Positions 36,487-49,490 of a stretch of DNA of 64,000 bases are shown here, in pieces. The notes beneath the pieces were generated by a model, which saw nothing but the letters and a program-made list of their open reading frames with translations, ran no database searches and was not told where the DNA came from. Numbering within the stretch: the stretch's first letter is position 1; every line of letters begins with the position of its first letter. Both the position numbers and the translations under genes were made by a program. Source of the DNA: Octopus sinensis (lineage: Eukaryota); assembly GCF_006345805.1 (NCBI RefSeq), contig NC_043012.1:46004001-46068000 (forward strand). The letters are read 5' to 3'.

Positions 36487-39400
36487 GATAAAATGAAATA
36501 TTTGCTCTTTCATCAATATCTGAAATGTGTAAGACTAATCCGATGTAATTAATAAATGATTGCATTTAATTCAAATTTAAAGGCGAAGCAGTTTTCATGT
36601 AGAGGATTCAGTTGTGTCTAAAACGATCTTTTCCATTTAATAATACATGCCATTCGTCTGTGATCTTGATTTTATGTCTTCGAATTATAATTACACACAG
36701 GCAATATATGATGGTTCTATATATGTTCACTATGATAAATGGAATTCGATTAAACTAATTAAATCTTATTTCAGTTAATTAATGAAATATAATTTAAAGA
36801 AGTAATATCAAAAATATAAATCACATGTGACTTGACTTACTGCAATGATATAATTATATATCTAATCCAGTATAAAACATTACAACAGTTTTAAACAAGA
36901 TTTAAAGTCAGAAAATAAAAGAATTAAACATGAAATTAGAAGAATTATAAGAGAATTATAAGAAAATGATCAATGTTCTAAAGAAACACGAGACACGCAT
37001 TTTTGTAACTTATACTATTTTAATTATCATATGCATTAAACCAATCGCAATAAAATTGATTTTTAGCTTTTGAAATGAAAATTATTAAAAGATATATATG
37101 CGCATGCACACAAACACACGCACGCGCGCGCACGCACACACATACACACACTCATGCCCGCACGCACATGTACACATGCCCTCTCACACGCACACACGCA
37201 TGCATGCGTGCATTTCAGATGAGTAGCGCGTCCCAAATCATTTCCTTAATAGGAATACCGATAACCATCTTTATTTCAATTTGAATAGATTAACTTAATC
37301 TTGTTTTACGTTAATGGGAGTAGTACATATTTGGTGCTTGTGAATGGATAGAAAAGTGAGTGAATGCTCTATGAAGAAGCTCAAGTTAGAGACAGGAGGG
37401 GTAAAAACCGTATTATGGAATAGTTAGAAGTAACAAGATCTAGCTTATATAATGATGGCAAAGTCTTGGATTCATAATCACCAGTATTCATAGAATTTCA
37501 GATAGACGGCAAGATAAATTTACTTCAATAGCTGAACTTACAGATGTTACTCTGTAACTGCCAATTTGCGATGGAGAGTGGATTCGTTCATGGTTATATA
37601 TACTGCAGTAGTTGCATACAAAACTGTGACCGTGACATAAAAACTGCTAAATGTACAAAAGGCGAGTGTTTGTGAGTCTTGTATGTAGAATAATAATATC
37701 AGTCTCAGAGAGAGGAGATAGGATATATATTTGTTTTATGTGCAGCTGATGTGTCAGGAGCGAGTATCTGAAGAACTTGTCAACTTAAAACACAAAGGAA
37801 AATAATCGGTGAAGTTCTTGCAAATCATTTTCTCTATAAATCCAATTTAAGTAAACAAACGTCAAGATAAGATATATGTATCTGTATATTAAAATAAACA
37901 GTGTTTGGGAAGGCAAGACACAAGATTGACAGAATCAGTAATTCCTCAGGAAAAAAAAAAGCTTACTCTATTTATTCTGTTTTTTTAAAACTTAGTTTGA
38001 TTAGCGCTAATTTAGTTTACCCAACCATCCTTCCGGGGTCAACAAAATAACTTGAATCACAAATAATGCTGTGAAATAAAATACAATTAATCCTTTGTAA
38101 TATGCATGATACACGGGATCGTAATTCTCTACAAAGCAGTGAGGTTCTGATAACAAGTGAATTGATACACCGGTTGAAGTACACAACACTGTGATATATG
38201 CAGTACACCTTATACTGCGGCAACAAACACGGGCATACAATCTCTCTTTAGAATTTCAGACCTCATAAAATGCGAGTAAACAAAAGAAAATTAGTATGTG
38301 TTTAAAATGGTTATAAGACTGCATTATATAACATGAAAATCATTTCCTTGTGCTTCTCAAACTATAGATTATCATAATTTCGTGGGAAAATGTAAATAAT
38401 CTTAAATGCAATATATATGACATCACTTGAAGGAAAAATTTACAGATAATATTCACATATATATCATAGCGAATTTGTGCTTGATAAAGAACATTTTATA
38501 AACACACATATACATACATACACACATACATACATACATACATACATACATACATACATACACACATACATACATACATACATGCATACATGCATACATA
38601 TATACACATATGCAAATACATATGTATGTATGTATATTAGCATACTCACATATATACATAATAAATAATTCTCTACGTATGTGATACGTATGCTGCGGTT
38701 GTATGTTGTTTCACATGTGTACCGGAGCCCTAAAACATGTGTATTTACACAGTTCACATTATTTTATACACTCACACAGACACATGTTTCTGTGTGTTTT
38801 TGGGTGTTTATATACCCCATTCAATTATAGTATAACTAACAATATATTTCATTTAATTATATATATAACCATTTTACTGAATACTTTATTTATGTTTTTC
38901 CATAACAGTCTTGAATTTGCAGTCACTTTAATTTTAAACTGCATTCATATTGAGGAATCGATTTATAATTTGATTGAATTTTGCCCACTTAGGAAAACAA
39001 ACACAATTTCATGTGATTGTTCCTTAAAATACACAGCAAGTGAATTTTACTTTTAGCAAATGTATATCTATATTTTAATTTTTGTTCAAATATTGAATAT
39101 ACTCATCACTTCTGTAAATAATAGATATAATATTGGACAATGTACATTTAATTTTCTTAGCTATTTTTTTTTTAAAGTGACGTTTATTGGCCTTCATTAT
39201 AGAACATTACTGATAATTCCTCTTGGCGATTTTGTTGAGGCTCATAAATATTTATCAGTCCTTATACATTTTATGTTTGGCAGTATGGAATTTTCAGAGA
39301 TTATGTTGTTTCAGTTGTTACGTACCATCGGGAGATATTCTGACATCTCGATCGCAGTAATGGTTTCTCAACATTCTGTTTTTTTATTGTAATTTTTCAT

Positions 39401-40865
39401 GAATCCGAGGTTACTAAAGAACGTTCGCCATAAACGCCCCTGGATAAGTTGTACATGATAGAAGCTGCTAAAAGAAACAAAAGACTATATACAATGCATA
39501 TTAAGTCATTGAAGACGTCGAATAATATGTAAGTTTTCATTCTTTTCTAGTGGAATGAAGAGGCGTTGTTGAGCAATAAGCAAGCTATATGAAAATATAT
39601 GGTTAATATTTGATTTTCATTGCATGATTTTTCAGAACATGTATTCATTGTTCAAGATAACAGACATGAAGTAATATTATGCATAGTTTCTAATGAATGA
39701 ACCTTAACCTGACAATTAGGATCAACGTTTTATGATGAAAATAATATCAAAATTGGTTTTAATATAATGCCTTATGCCTACTTTGAATTACTCAATATAT
39801 AAAATAACAGCTGCTACGTATGACTATTTCAATGAAAATTTTTTTTTCATCTACCAAAATCTATTATCCGTACATTTTTCTCGTCACGACGGTGATTGTT
39901 TCAGTAAAAACAAACGAGTGTGATGAGTAATATTGGAATTGTGGAATACTATAAGAGCATGTTTGAAGTTATCAAAGAGGACTATAACTGTTCACTTGAT
40001 TAAAAGTAAATTTAAGTTTTTGAATAGAAAGCAGGCTTCTTTTCGTTCTGATTACTATGATGATTATTGTACAGCTTCATTGTTATGTCTCAGTAAGTTC
40101 AGACTGAGAATGATATTGTCCTGTCTTATACATGCTGTGTAGAAAGTTAATGCCCAGCAGATACACATGCGAAAAGGAGGCTCTATTCGCCAATCGACTA
40201 CTACAGGAATGCAAGAATATACACCACACGTCTAGTTTTAAGTTTAGTAATAAATTCAGATTAAATCTTCTAGAAATAAGGTTGCTAATAAAAGTAGCGA
40301 AAAATTATTAAAAATAAGAACTTAAGTGTAGATGTAGTAATAATAGATGATTCCAGTGATTGTTTTTCACATATTACATACATATAACATGTTGAGGTAA
40401 AACTATAATAGAGAGAGACTGAGTAATCACCACTAGGTAGGCGGCCGAAATCTGAAGACATGCTATGACGTACAAGGATAACATGGGCCCTAAAAGGGTG
40501 GCTAAAATCACGCAATGTGAAACATTCCCTAAGTTGAGGATCAATTTCGTTCTTACTTTGTGTCCGTACTGTATGTCATTACCTTATCTATTTTGAAAAT
40601 CTATCAAATACTTTATTGTTCATCTCATATAAAGAAGTGGAAGAATCGTTAAACATTCAGGAAAAAGCTTTGATTTTCGTCCACCGATTTCACATTTACC
40701 TTTCATTATTTTGGAGTCGATGAAAATAAAGAATCACACAAAAAAATAAAGACCATGATATAGACTCACCTCATGCTCCCAAATTTGCTGGCTTTGCATC
40801 TATCTTACAGTTAGCATCTACCACATTATTATTATGATTAATAATAGTAATAAAAATAATTAAAA

Positions 40866-40917
<52 letters not shown>

Positions 40918-40927
40918 TAATAATAAC

Positions 40928-40982
<55 letters not shown>

Positions 40983-40983
<1 letters not shown>

Positions 40984-42512
40984 TAATAGGAAAACTAGTT
41001 AAGAGTAGCAACATCACACTAGATAAAACCAATGAAATAAAAGAATTAGAACAAAGCCAAACTTACAAATACTTAGGAATCCACGAACTAGATAAGACAC
41101 AACACACACAAATGAAAGAGAAAATAAAAAAAGAATATTATAGACGAGTTAGATCAATACTAAAAACAGAGCTCAATGCTAAAACAAGATAATAGGTATT
41201 AACACTTTAGCTGTCCCAGTTATAAGTTACAGCTACAATATCCTTAACTGGACACTAAATGAACTGACCAAAATAGATAGGAAAACAAGAAAAATAATGA
41301 CGGGATCTAGGATGCATCACCCAAAATCTGACATAGAAAGACTATATATACAACGTATAGAAGGTGGTAGAGGCCTATACAGCTGGAAAACTACTATAAA
41401 ATAACCACCATAGGACTGTAAAAATATCTATTTCAGAAGGAAGGAAAGCTGATACAAATAGCGGCAAAACACGAGCAAAACAAAAAACTGTTCTCAGTAT
41501 TTAAGGAAGTTGACAAATACAAACAAGAAATCATACCACCTAATAAATATGAAGAACAAGAAGAAGAAGATGAAGAAGCAACAAAAGCTATAAAACAAAT
41601 AAAATCCACACTAAAAATAGAACAGCAACGAACCATGATAAAACGATGGCAAAAAAGCCCCTTCATGGAAAATACTGGACTAAACTAAATGCAAAAGAAA
41701 TAGACAAAGAAGAATCCCAACAATGGTTGAGAAGCTCAGGACTCAAAGCAGAGACAGATGGATTTTTAATTGCAGCACAAGACCAAAGCCTCCCCACCAG
41801 AAATTACCAAAAACATGTAATAAAAAGAAATATAACAAGTAACTGCAGAATATGTGGAGATGGACAAGAAACAATAAATCATATTATCTCTAGCTGCTCA
41901 GTCCTGGTTAAGAAGGAATATATTCACAGACACGACAGAGTTGGGACCTATATACACTGGAAACTGTGCCAACATTATGGAATAACATCAGAAAAAAGAT
42001 GGTATAGGCACACACCAGAAAAGGTCACAGAAAACACGAAAGCAACCATACTCTGGGATATGCCAATACACACAGACAGAGAAATTAAGGCCAACAGACC
42101 AGATATAGTTGTCAGAGATCATGAAGAAAAAAAAATGCTTTCCAATTGATGTATCCATACCAGCAGATGACAACGTGTCTCTAAAAGAAATGGAGAAACT
42201 TTCAAAATACAAAGACCTGGAAATAGAGGTAACCAGAATGTGGAATCTAAAAACAGAAACAATTCCTATCATAATAGGTGCATTAGGCATGATAAAATAA
42301 TATTCAGACAAATACATAACAAAAACACCAGGACTTACAAACACATATAACATAGAGAAAATTGCACTACTAGGCACTGCACACATCCTACGCAGAACAC
42401 TTTCCATACAATAACCATCAAAGCATCACAACAAATCACAGCACATACCCAAGGCACACAGAGCTGCGCTCGGTAGTGAAGTGAAAGCACGATATAAAAA
42501 ATATACTACTGA
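40983..42512 (+). mobile_element. R4/Dong-clade LINE, 5'-truncated, frameshifted (RT C-terminus, CCHC knuckle, REL endonuclease, 3' UTR)
   Basis: YKYLG, HPKSDIERLY..GGRG, CRICGDGQETINHIISSC, RHDRV..IHWKLC, RPDIVV..D..EKLSKYKDL; (AAT)n on both sides. Confidence 0.9.
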
Positions 42513-42539
42513 ATAATAATAATAATAATAATAATAATG

Positions 42540-42609
<70 letters not shown>

Positions 42610-42632
42610 CAACAACAATTATAATAATAAAC

Positions 42633-42990
42633 GCCCTGATGCAGTACTAGGCAGTGGCTCTCATGGCTTCTTATCTTAACTGATTGGAGGTGTTATCATG
42701 TACATTGTTTTGTTTTGGTATAAAAGATGGGCTAACAGCAAATATTCTGCTCAATACCACAGATTTGTTTGTCAATTGCTTGACCGTAACCATCTGACCA
42801 TGTTCCGTAGTGAGGGAGCATAATAGCCATGTGTTGAGAAGAATTCTTTGGAATTTGGACAATTTACCTTCGGAAACATGGGTGTTTCGTTCAACATCCT
42901 TAAACAATCCTTATTCAGGGATCTTTTGAGTGGGATGGGTTACTCGACCTGAAGAAAATTATAATTGGGCCCCACCTGCAAGGTCATTCG
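42633..42990 (+). mobile_element. Same SINE-like repeat, 5' portion, fused to an R4/Dong LINE
   Basis: Shares CATGGGTGTTTCGTTC..CATCCT.AAACAA..TTATTCAG with the reverse complement of 19200-19300. Confidence 0.7.
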
Positions 42991-42992
42991 GA

Positions 42993-44170
42993 CAGAATAA
43001 GATTTAAGCTATCAACACCTGGGTGGTTTCACTCCTTAGATATGGAGCAGGGTTAATCTTATGGACAGTAAACGAACTAAATAGCTTAGACACAAAGACA
43101 AGGAAGTTGCTAACAAGATATGGGACACTCCGCCCAAAAAGTGACACAGACAGACTTTATGTACCAAAAAAAAAAAAAAAACAGTGGGAAGAGTACTTAT
43201 TGCATGGGAACACAGCATTAAAGCAGAATAAAAAAACAACAAAGCATGGTATGTAACAACTTCCACACAGCAATTATTATTAGAAGTAAGAAGGTCAGGC
43301 TTGTGTAGAATGAAATATTGCAAAGATAAAGAACGGTACAAGCAATTGGAAACGAATGAAACTGAAAATAGGTGAGTAAAAAAAAAGAATGCATGGTCAA
43401 TTTTATAGGGATGTTGAAAATAAGACAGACAGAGAAAAAATATAGCTGTGGATGACAAAAAGTGATTTAAAACCGGAAACGGAGGCTCTAACCTATGCTG
43501 CCCAAGAGCCAGCACTAAGAACAAACTACAAAGAATACATGATAAACAACACAGAATCTGTGGACAAAATGGCAAATCCGTGTGGCATATTACCACTCAA
43601 TGTACGTCACTAGTCAGAAGGAATAGAAGAGACGCCACGAGAATATAGCAAGGCTTGTCCATTTGGACACTTTGCAGCAAGTATGGACTTGACAGAGCAA
43701 AACTTTGGCACGACCACAAGCCCGAAGGCATCGTCGAAATAAAATGCAAAAGTTCCTATGGGATTTTATGATTCAGTGTGATCATGAGATAGAGAATAGG
43801 AAGCCAGACAGTCTTAATAGAGAAAGTAAACAAACTATGTTGGATCATAGATATAGCATGCCCAGCTGACAACTAGGTATGCGATAAGGAAGAAAGAAAA
43901 GTCGATAGATATGACAGGTTAGCTTGGGAAGTTAAGCAGTTTTGGTCGATGAAAAACGTAGCAGTAGCACCATTAACTGTCGAAGCCCTGAGAACAGTGA
44001 GCAAAAATCTCGAGATGTAAGTGGAACAAATAGAGGCTGCAATAAGAGTGGAGCACTTACAGAAAACAACACTGTTTGGAACCGCCCGAATACTCCGGAA
44101 AGTGCTCGGTAGTGAACAGCTGATACCACAGCACATCTTCAGCGTTAGAAACTGTGCAAAGGCAATGACG
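42993..44170 (+). mobile_element. Second, distinct R4/Dong-type LINE subfamily, 5'-truncated and decayed
   Basis: AINTWVVSLLRYGAG..PKSDTDRLYV, LKPETEAL..AAQE.ALRTN, MIQCDHEIENRKPD, IDIACPAD, LFGTARILRKVL; ends in (AAT)n. Confidence 0.85.
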
Positions 44171-44182
44171 ATAATAATAATA

Positions 44183-44227
<45 letters not shown>

Positions 44228-44244
44228 TAATAATAATAATAATA

Positions 44245-44290
<46 letters not shown>

Positions 44291-44294
44291 CATC

Positions 44295-44460
44295 AGAATC
44301 AATGTGAAAGAAGAAACAATAAATATTTATGCCGATTTGGAGTGGGAAATACGATGATTGTGGTCAATGAAAAGAGTAGACGTGATACCAACAGTAATTG
44401 GTGCACTTAGAAATATCAGCACTCAACTACCAACATGGCTGCAAAAAATCGGACACTATG
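44295..44460 (+). mobile_element. Third R4/Dong-type REL fragment
   Basis: YADLEWEIR*LWSMKRVDVIPTVIGAL after a (GAT)n tract. Confidence 0.65.
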
Positions 44461-44547
44461 AGCTTTAAACCCAATGAATTCAGCCCGTCACCTTAGTCAA
44501 AATACTAACCACTGGGCTACATATTCTCACATATTCTTTTGTTCTTT

Positions 44548-44941
44548 TTTCCTTTACTTGTTTCAATCATTTGACTTTGGCCATGCAGGAGCACCGTCTG
44601 AAGCGAATTTTTATTGGAAGACCTCTCTCCAGGATTTATTCTTTGTAAGCCTAGTACTTATTCTATCGATTTCTTTTGCCGAACCGCTAGATAACGGGGA
44701 CATAAACACACCAGCACTTGTTGTCAGCCGATGACGGGGGTGGGGGACAAACACAGACACAACACCAAATACACACACAGATACAACAGGCTTCTTTCAG
44801 CTTCCGTCCAGCAAATCCACTCACAAGGCTTTGGTCAGGATATAGTATAAAACACATGCCCAAGGTACCACACAGGGGGAGTGAAGCCGGAACCACGTGG
44901 ACGGGAAGCAAGCTTCTTACCGCACAGCCACGCCTGCACCT
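44548..44941 (-). mobile_element. SINE family 1 copy
   Basis: Reverse-complement match to 60944-61325. Confidence 0.8.
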
Positions 44942-46064
44942 ATACATATTTTATGAATAAACGAGATTTCCCTCTGCGCATTTCGTGACACCTTTTTCTT
45001 GTTATAGGCCGAAAATCTTTTTTGAATAAAGCGAAGACATTTCTTCATAAGATTCACCTTGCTTAATATTACTTTACATTTTACTATTTCAGTGCACCAT
45101 TTTAATTTTGGTTGCATTTCGATTTCACTACAAAGATCGTTTTTGGCTTTAAAATTTTGATCGTTCTGTGTCCTATTCATCTTTACAATTTTCTGCAAAT
45201 TATTGTTCATACTTTACGTCATACTTTTGAGCAAACCAAACAGGTTGCTTTATAGAAACAGAACCAACATTTTCCTCTGTCGACTTAAGAAAGCACTAAT
45301 CTTCACCATTCCAGATCCTCAAAAACCTGCTGATTATAAAGACCAGAAAGACGACACAACGAAACCACAATAGTTGCTAACATTCGCTTCATTTAACATT
45401 TGACTTTTTTTTTACTCACATTTGTTTGAAGTTTCGGTTTTCTTTATATGTTAATTTTGTTGGAGCGGTTCTGTGATCAGTATTACACTTATCAGCGGAT
45501 TACCAAGTATATGAACGGCGTACGCGTGACCTACGTGTTCTAAAACCAGCTTCTCCCTCTTTAGTAATGCTCACACTCCGACTCCTTTGCATGATGAAAT
45601 ACTCAAAGTTCGTTGCAGTGAAATACTACTTTCCTCGTTACATTCTATGAACCATGAGCATAAAGTCCTTCTAGTTGGTGTCTTTGAATCTCGTTCTGGA
45701 AGGGATCAAGAATTGTGGAGGGGGTGGGTAAAACAAATTTCAAAACTGAGTGGCATTCAGAATTCGGCTTTAAGAATGTTTTTATCAAAAGAGAAGACAA
45801 AAAAGAAAAAGAAAAAACTGTATCGATGTATACCAGGAGATAGCCTTGCAACATATTTGATCTTCTAATCCCACACAACAGATATTTTTTATGTGTAGTT
45901 CCCAATAACATTTGCAGCTGCTTGTTGAATAAACACAAACTGGTTCCCCTATTTTCATATATAAACACAATAGGAGCTGTATGTGAAGTTTTATATATGT
46001 GTATATGCATGTCTCTATGCTTCTCTCTCACTCTTTTTCCTTTACTGTATGTATATATATATAC

Positions 46065-46107
<43 letters not shown>

Positions 46108-47677
46108 TATTGATACATATATATAATATGTATATATATATTTATATATGTATATATATATTTATATATGTATATATATGCACATGCATATATCGCATAT
46201 TACACATACACACACATAAATACTCACGCACACGTATATATATCATAGTTACCAACTTTAGGATGCAAACCTTACGCTACTGAATAAGCGTTGATACATA
46301 TGTTGATATGAAACCTACATTTCCTGCTTTTGCTTTAGTTGTATTTAGTAATGAATTTATTTTCCAATGTCCAAGAAGTTTGTCTCTCGGTTTGTTATTA
46401 ATTTATACATACATATAAGCACATAAGTAAGTACTTCTATACACATACATTCACACACACACACACATATATATTTATGTATATATATATATAGATATAT
46501 AGATATATATATAGATATATATACACATATCTGTATATTTGTGTGTACGGTTGTACACTCATGTTTATACATTGTTTCATTCTATCATATGTATAATAAT
46601 CTTTGTTCATATGTGTGTCTTGGAAACTTATTTAATACTTTCGTCAAGAAATATAATTTATATCATAAATGAAAAAGAAAAACAATTCTCAGAATATCCT
46701 TATCGACATCCTGGCCATGGCATTGCTATATCGGTATTGTTATTAAAATGAGAAAAGGTGATAGATAACTAGCTGGAATACTAACATAACACCCTGCTAA
46801 TGTTAACATTTATGCATTACTTTTCTTTTCGTATTTTCTTAGCAGCATTGACATATCAATTCAAAGATAGTAGCAATACAAAAGCATATATATGTCTACA
46901 AAATATTAAAAAAAACATAAGCAAGATTTAGCTAAAAAGTATCAGACTTGAGAAGTAATATCACGTTTTTGATAAACAGCATATATTTCAGAACAAACAG
47001 CATCTGAAAACGATGTGCATATAAATATATGCTTATATTTCAGACGGTAGATAATGCAGATGTCACCATTTTTCATGCTATAAACATTCTCTATATTTAA
47101 GATGTAATTGTATTCTAGTTTGTTTCTGTCATGTGTATATTTATAAGGCGATATGTATGTACGATATAATTTTAAAGTTGCTGAACAAAGTTTGAAAGCT
47201 GTCTATACATAAGAAATAATTCTGATTATTAATTTCCTGCTGCAGTAAATATCTCATATTTTACACATATATGCATATTTAAACGCATTAATACACATGC
47301 CTATACAATCATAAATGCATATTAACATGTTTTGTACGTGTGGTGTTTATTTCTGTGTGCGTTTGTATGTGTAAATGCGGATGTTCATTTTTGGTATAAT
47401 ATCTGGCAGTCATAGTTTACGGAACGTAGGGTGATGTAATTAAACGAGTTTCTCCAAGTCGCTACATCCTCTACCTTATGATATATGAAAGATATCACGC
47501 TATCATGCTAAACTAAATGAGATAAATCCCTATATTATTTCGTAGGATCTATCAACACACACAAGAGCAGGTTTAATACGTTTTACAATGCCACTTGAGC
47601 GGATTTAATCATCGATAAGTAACGAGTTAATAAGCCCAAAACGTCATATGTGCTGTCGAAAGTTAATTTCAATATAG

Positions 47678-49015
47678 GTGCAGGGGTGACTATGTGGTAA
47701 GAAGCTTGCTTCCCGGCGGCCGAGGAGACGGAGGACTCCTCAAACAGGAGTCGCAAGAGGAAGAAGGTGAGCAACAATGGTTGCTCACCGAAGGATCCTA
47801 CGGATGAGGAAGGGGAGGCGAATCTTCCAGTCACGGAGAAGACGCACCCTCCCTCAGTTGAAAAGAAAAAAAGAGGAAGAGGAAGAGAAACGGGACATTG
47901 CCGGCAGTCGGTGACACAGTACAGGGATGTCCCGGAACTACGACGGTTCGGTTTGTGCCACCGGCAGAAGAGACGCCGTTGGCGGGAACTGTGCCACCAA
48001 CGGAAGAATTGGATATCTCGCCCCCGGAGGAAGACGAATTATTGATCTTCTATCGAGGCGGAGAGTTTGAAAAGTTGGTGGAAAAGCACATTTAGCCTTC
48101 ACGCAGGACCCCGAATGACCTCCGCAGATAGCTGTGGAGGGCATAACGTTTGATGTGACGTTTAGGCTGGAGGGACTCAATGACAAATATCGTTTGTCCC
48201 CGGGCGACGCCGACACGGAACCCGTTTTGATCTTGCATGAGGTGTGGAGGATGGCGGAGGATGCGGGCACAAGCGATGTTGAGGGTGAGTTATAAATTGT
48301 GGTACTGTGTGACACAAACATTTGATAATAGGCACTTTGCCTTCTTCTTTCTCAACTCCTGACTGTCAACGAGGCTTGCTCTGCAAGCAGCTAGATATTT
48401 GACTGGAGATCCGGAAAGAGGATGAAGAGAAAAGTGATAGTGTATTTTTGATGTTTGATTGACTTTTAATTTTTATGTAAGAAAAAGAACCTCTGATTTC
48501 GAAGGGTGTTCGGTCTGCGGGCGCCGAACACCCTTCCCATTTACATCATTCGTATTTGTCATTTTCATCTCATTAATGTATATGTCCAGCCCGCATTGCT
48601 TCTCTGTAAGGCCTTCATGGCCAATTTGGTAAAATATAGAAGCTTGCTTCCCGATCACATCGTTCTGGGTTCAGTGCCATTGCATAGCACCTTCGGTAAG
48701 TGTCTTCTACTGTAGCCTCAAGCCGACCAAGGCCTTGTAAGTAGATTTGTTAAAGGGAATCTGAAAGAAGCTCATCGTATAAGTGTGTGTGTATCTGTGC
48801 CTATGTGTCTGTTTTTGGCCCTCCATCATCAATTGACAATCGGGTTTGTGTGACTATGTCCCTATAACTTAATGATTCGGCAAAAGGACCGACATAATAA
48901 GTATGAGGCTTACGTCATAAGTCCTGGGGTTGATTTGAGTGACTAAAACCCCTTCAAGTCACTAATCCAACATGGACGCAGTCGAATGAATGAAACAAGT
49001 AAAAGTATATAAGAA
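47678..49015 (+). mobile_element. SINE family 1 copy interrupted by the L1/Tx1-like insert
   Basis: Head 47678-47714; body resumes 48638-49015. Confidence 0.75.
47715..48637 (+). mobile_element. L1/Tx1-like non-LTR derivative (GC-rich ORF1-like fragment plus 3' UTR) with 15-bp TSD
   Basis: AGAAGCTTGCTTCCC duplicated at 47700-47714 and 48638-48652; acidic/basic ORF remnants (RSRKRKK); SINE head to the left and SINE body to the right. Clade is inferred. Confidence 0.65.
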
Positions 49016-49447
49016 TAAGCACTCGTGACCTCATTTCCAAATTATGTTCCTTCTAGAATTTGAAATTAGTAAATTAGTTTCACCAAATTGCAGATATGGT
49101 AGAATTGGAAAATTAAATTTATAAGTATTATAATTGGAATTTAAATTTATAGGCGATGTATAATGAAATAATTTGTTCAAAATCTCTTGTTTCAGGCGTT
49201 AGCTTTTAATATTACTTTACAAACCATATTTCTTTCTCAGAAGCTGCAATGTTAATTTTCATTGTGAAATCAAAATAAGAGTAGTTGAAAATTGTTGAAA
49301 TCAACAATGCTACAATAAGAAAACTGAAATTTTGTTATGTACCTTTTTTTTCGACAGTATTATTTTACATGAATAAACCTTCACAACATTCAGTCAGAAT
49401 TACACATCTAAAAAAGTGCATACACAGGAACATAAGAGATGAAAGAT

Positions 49448-49490
<43 letters not shown>

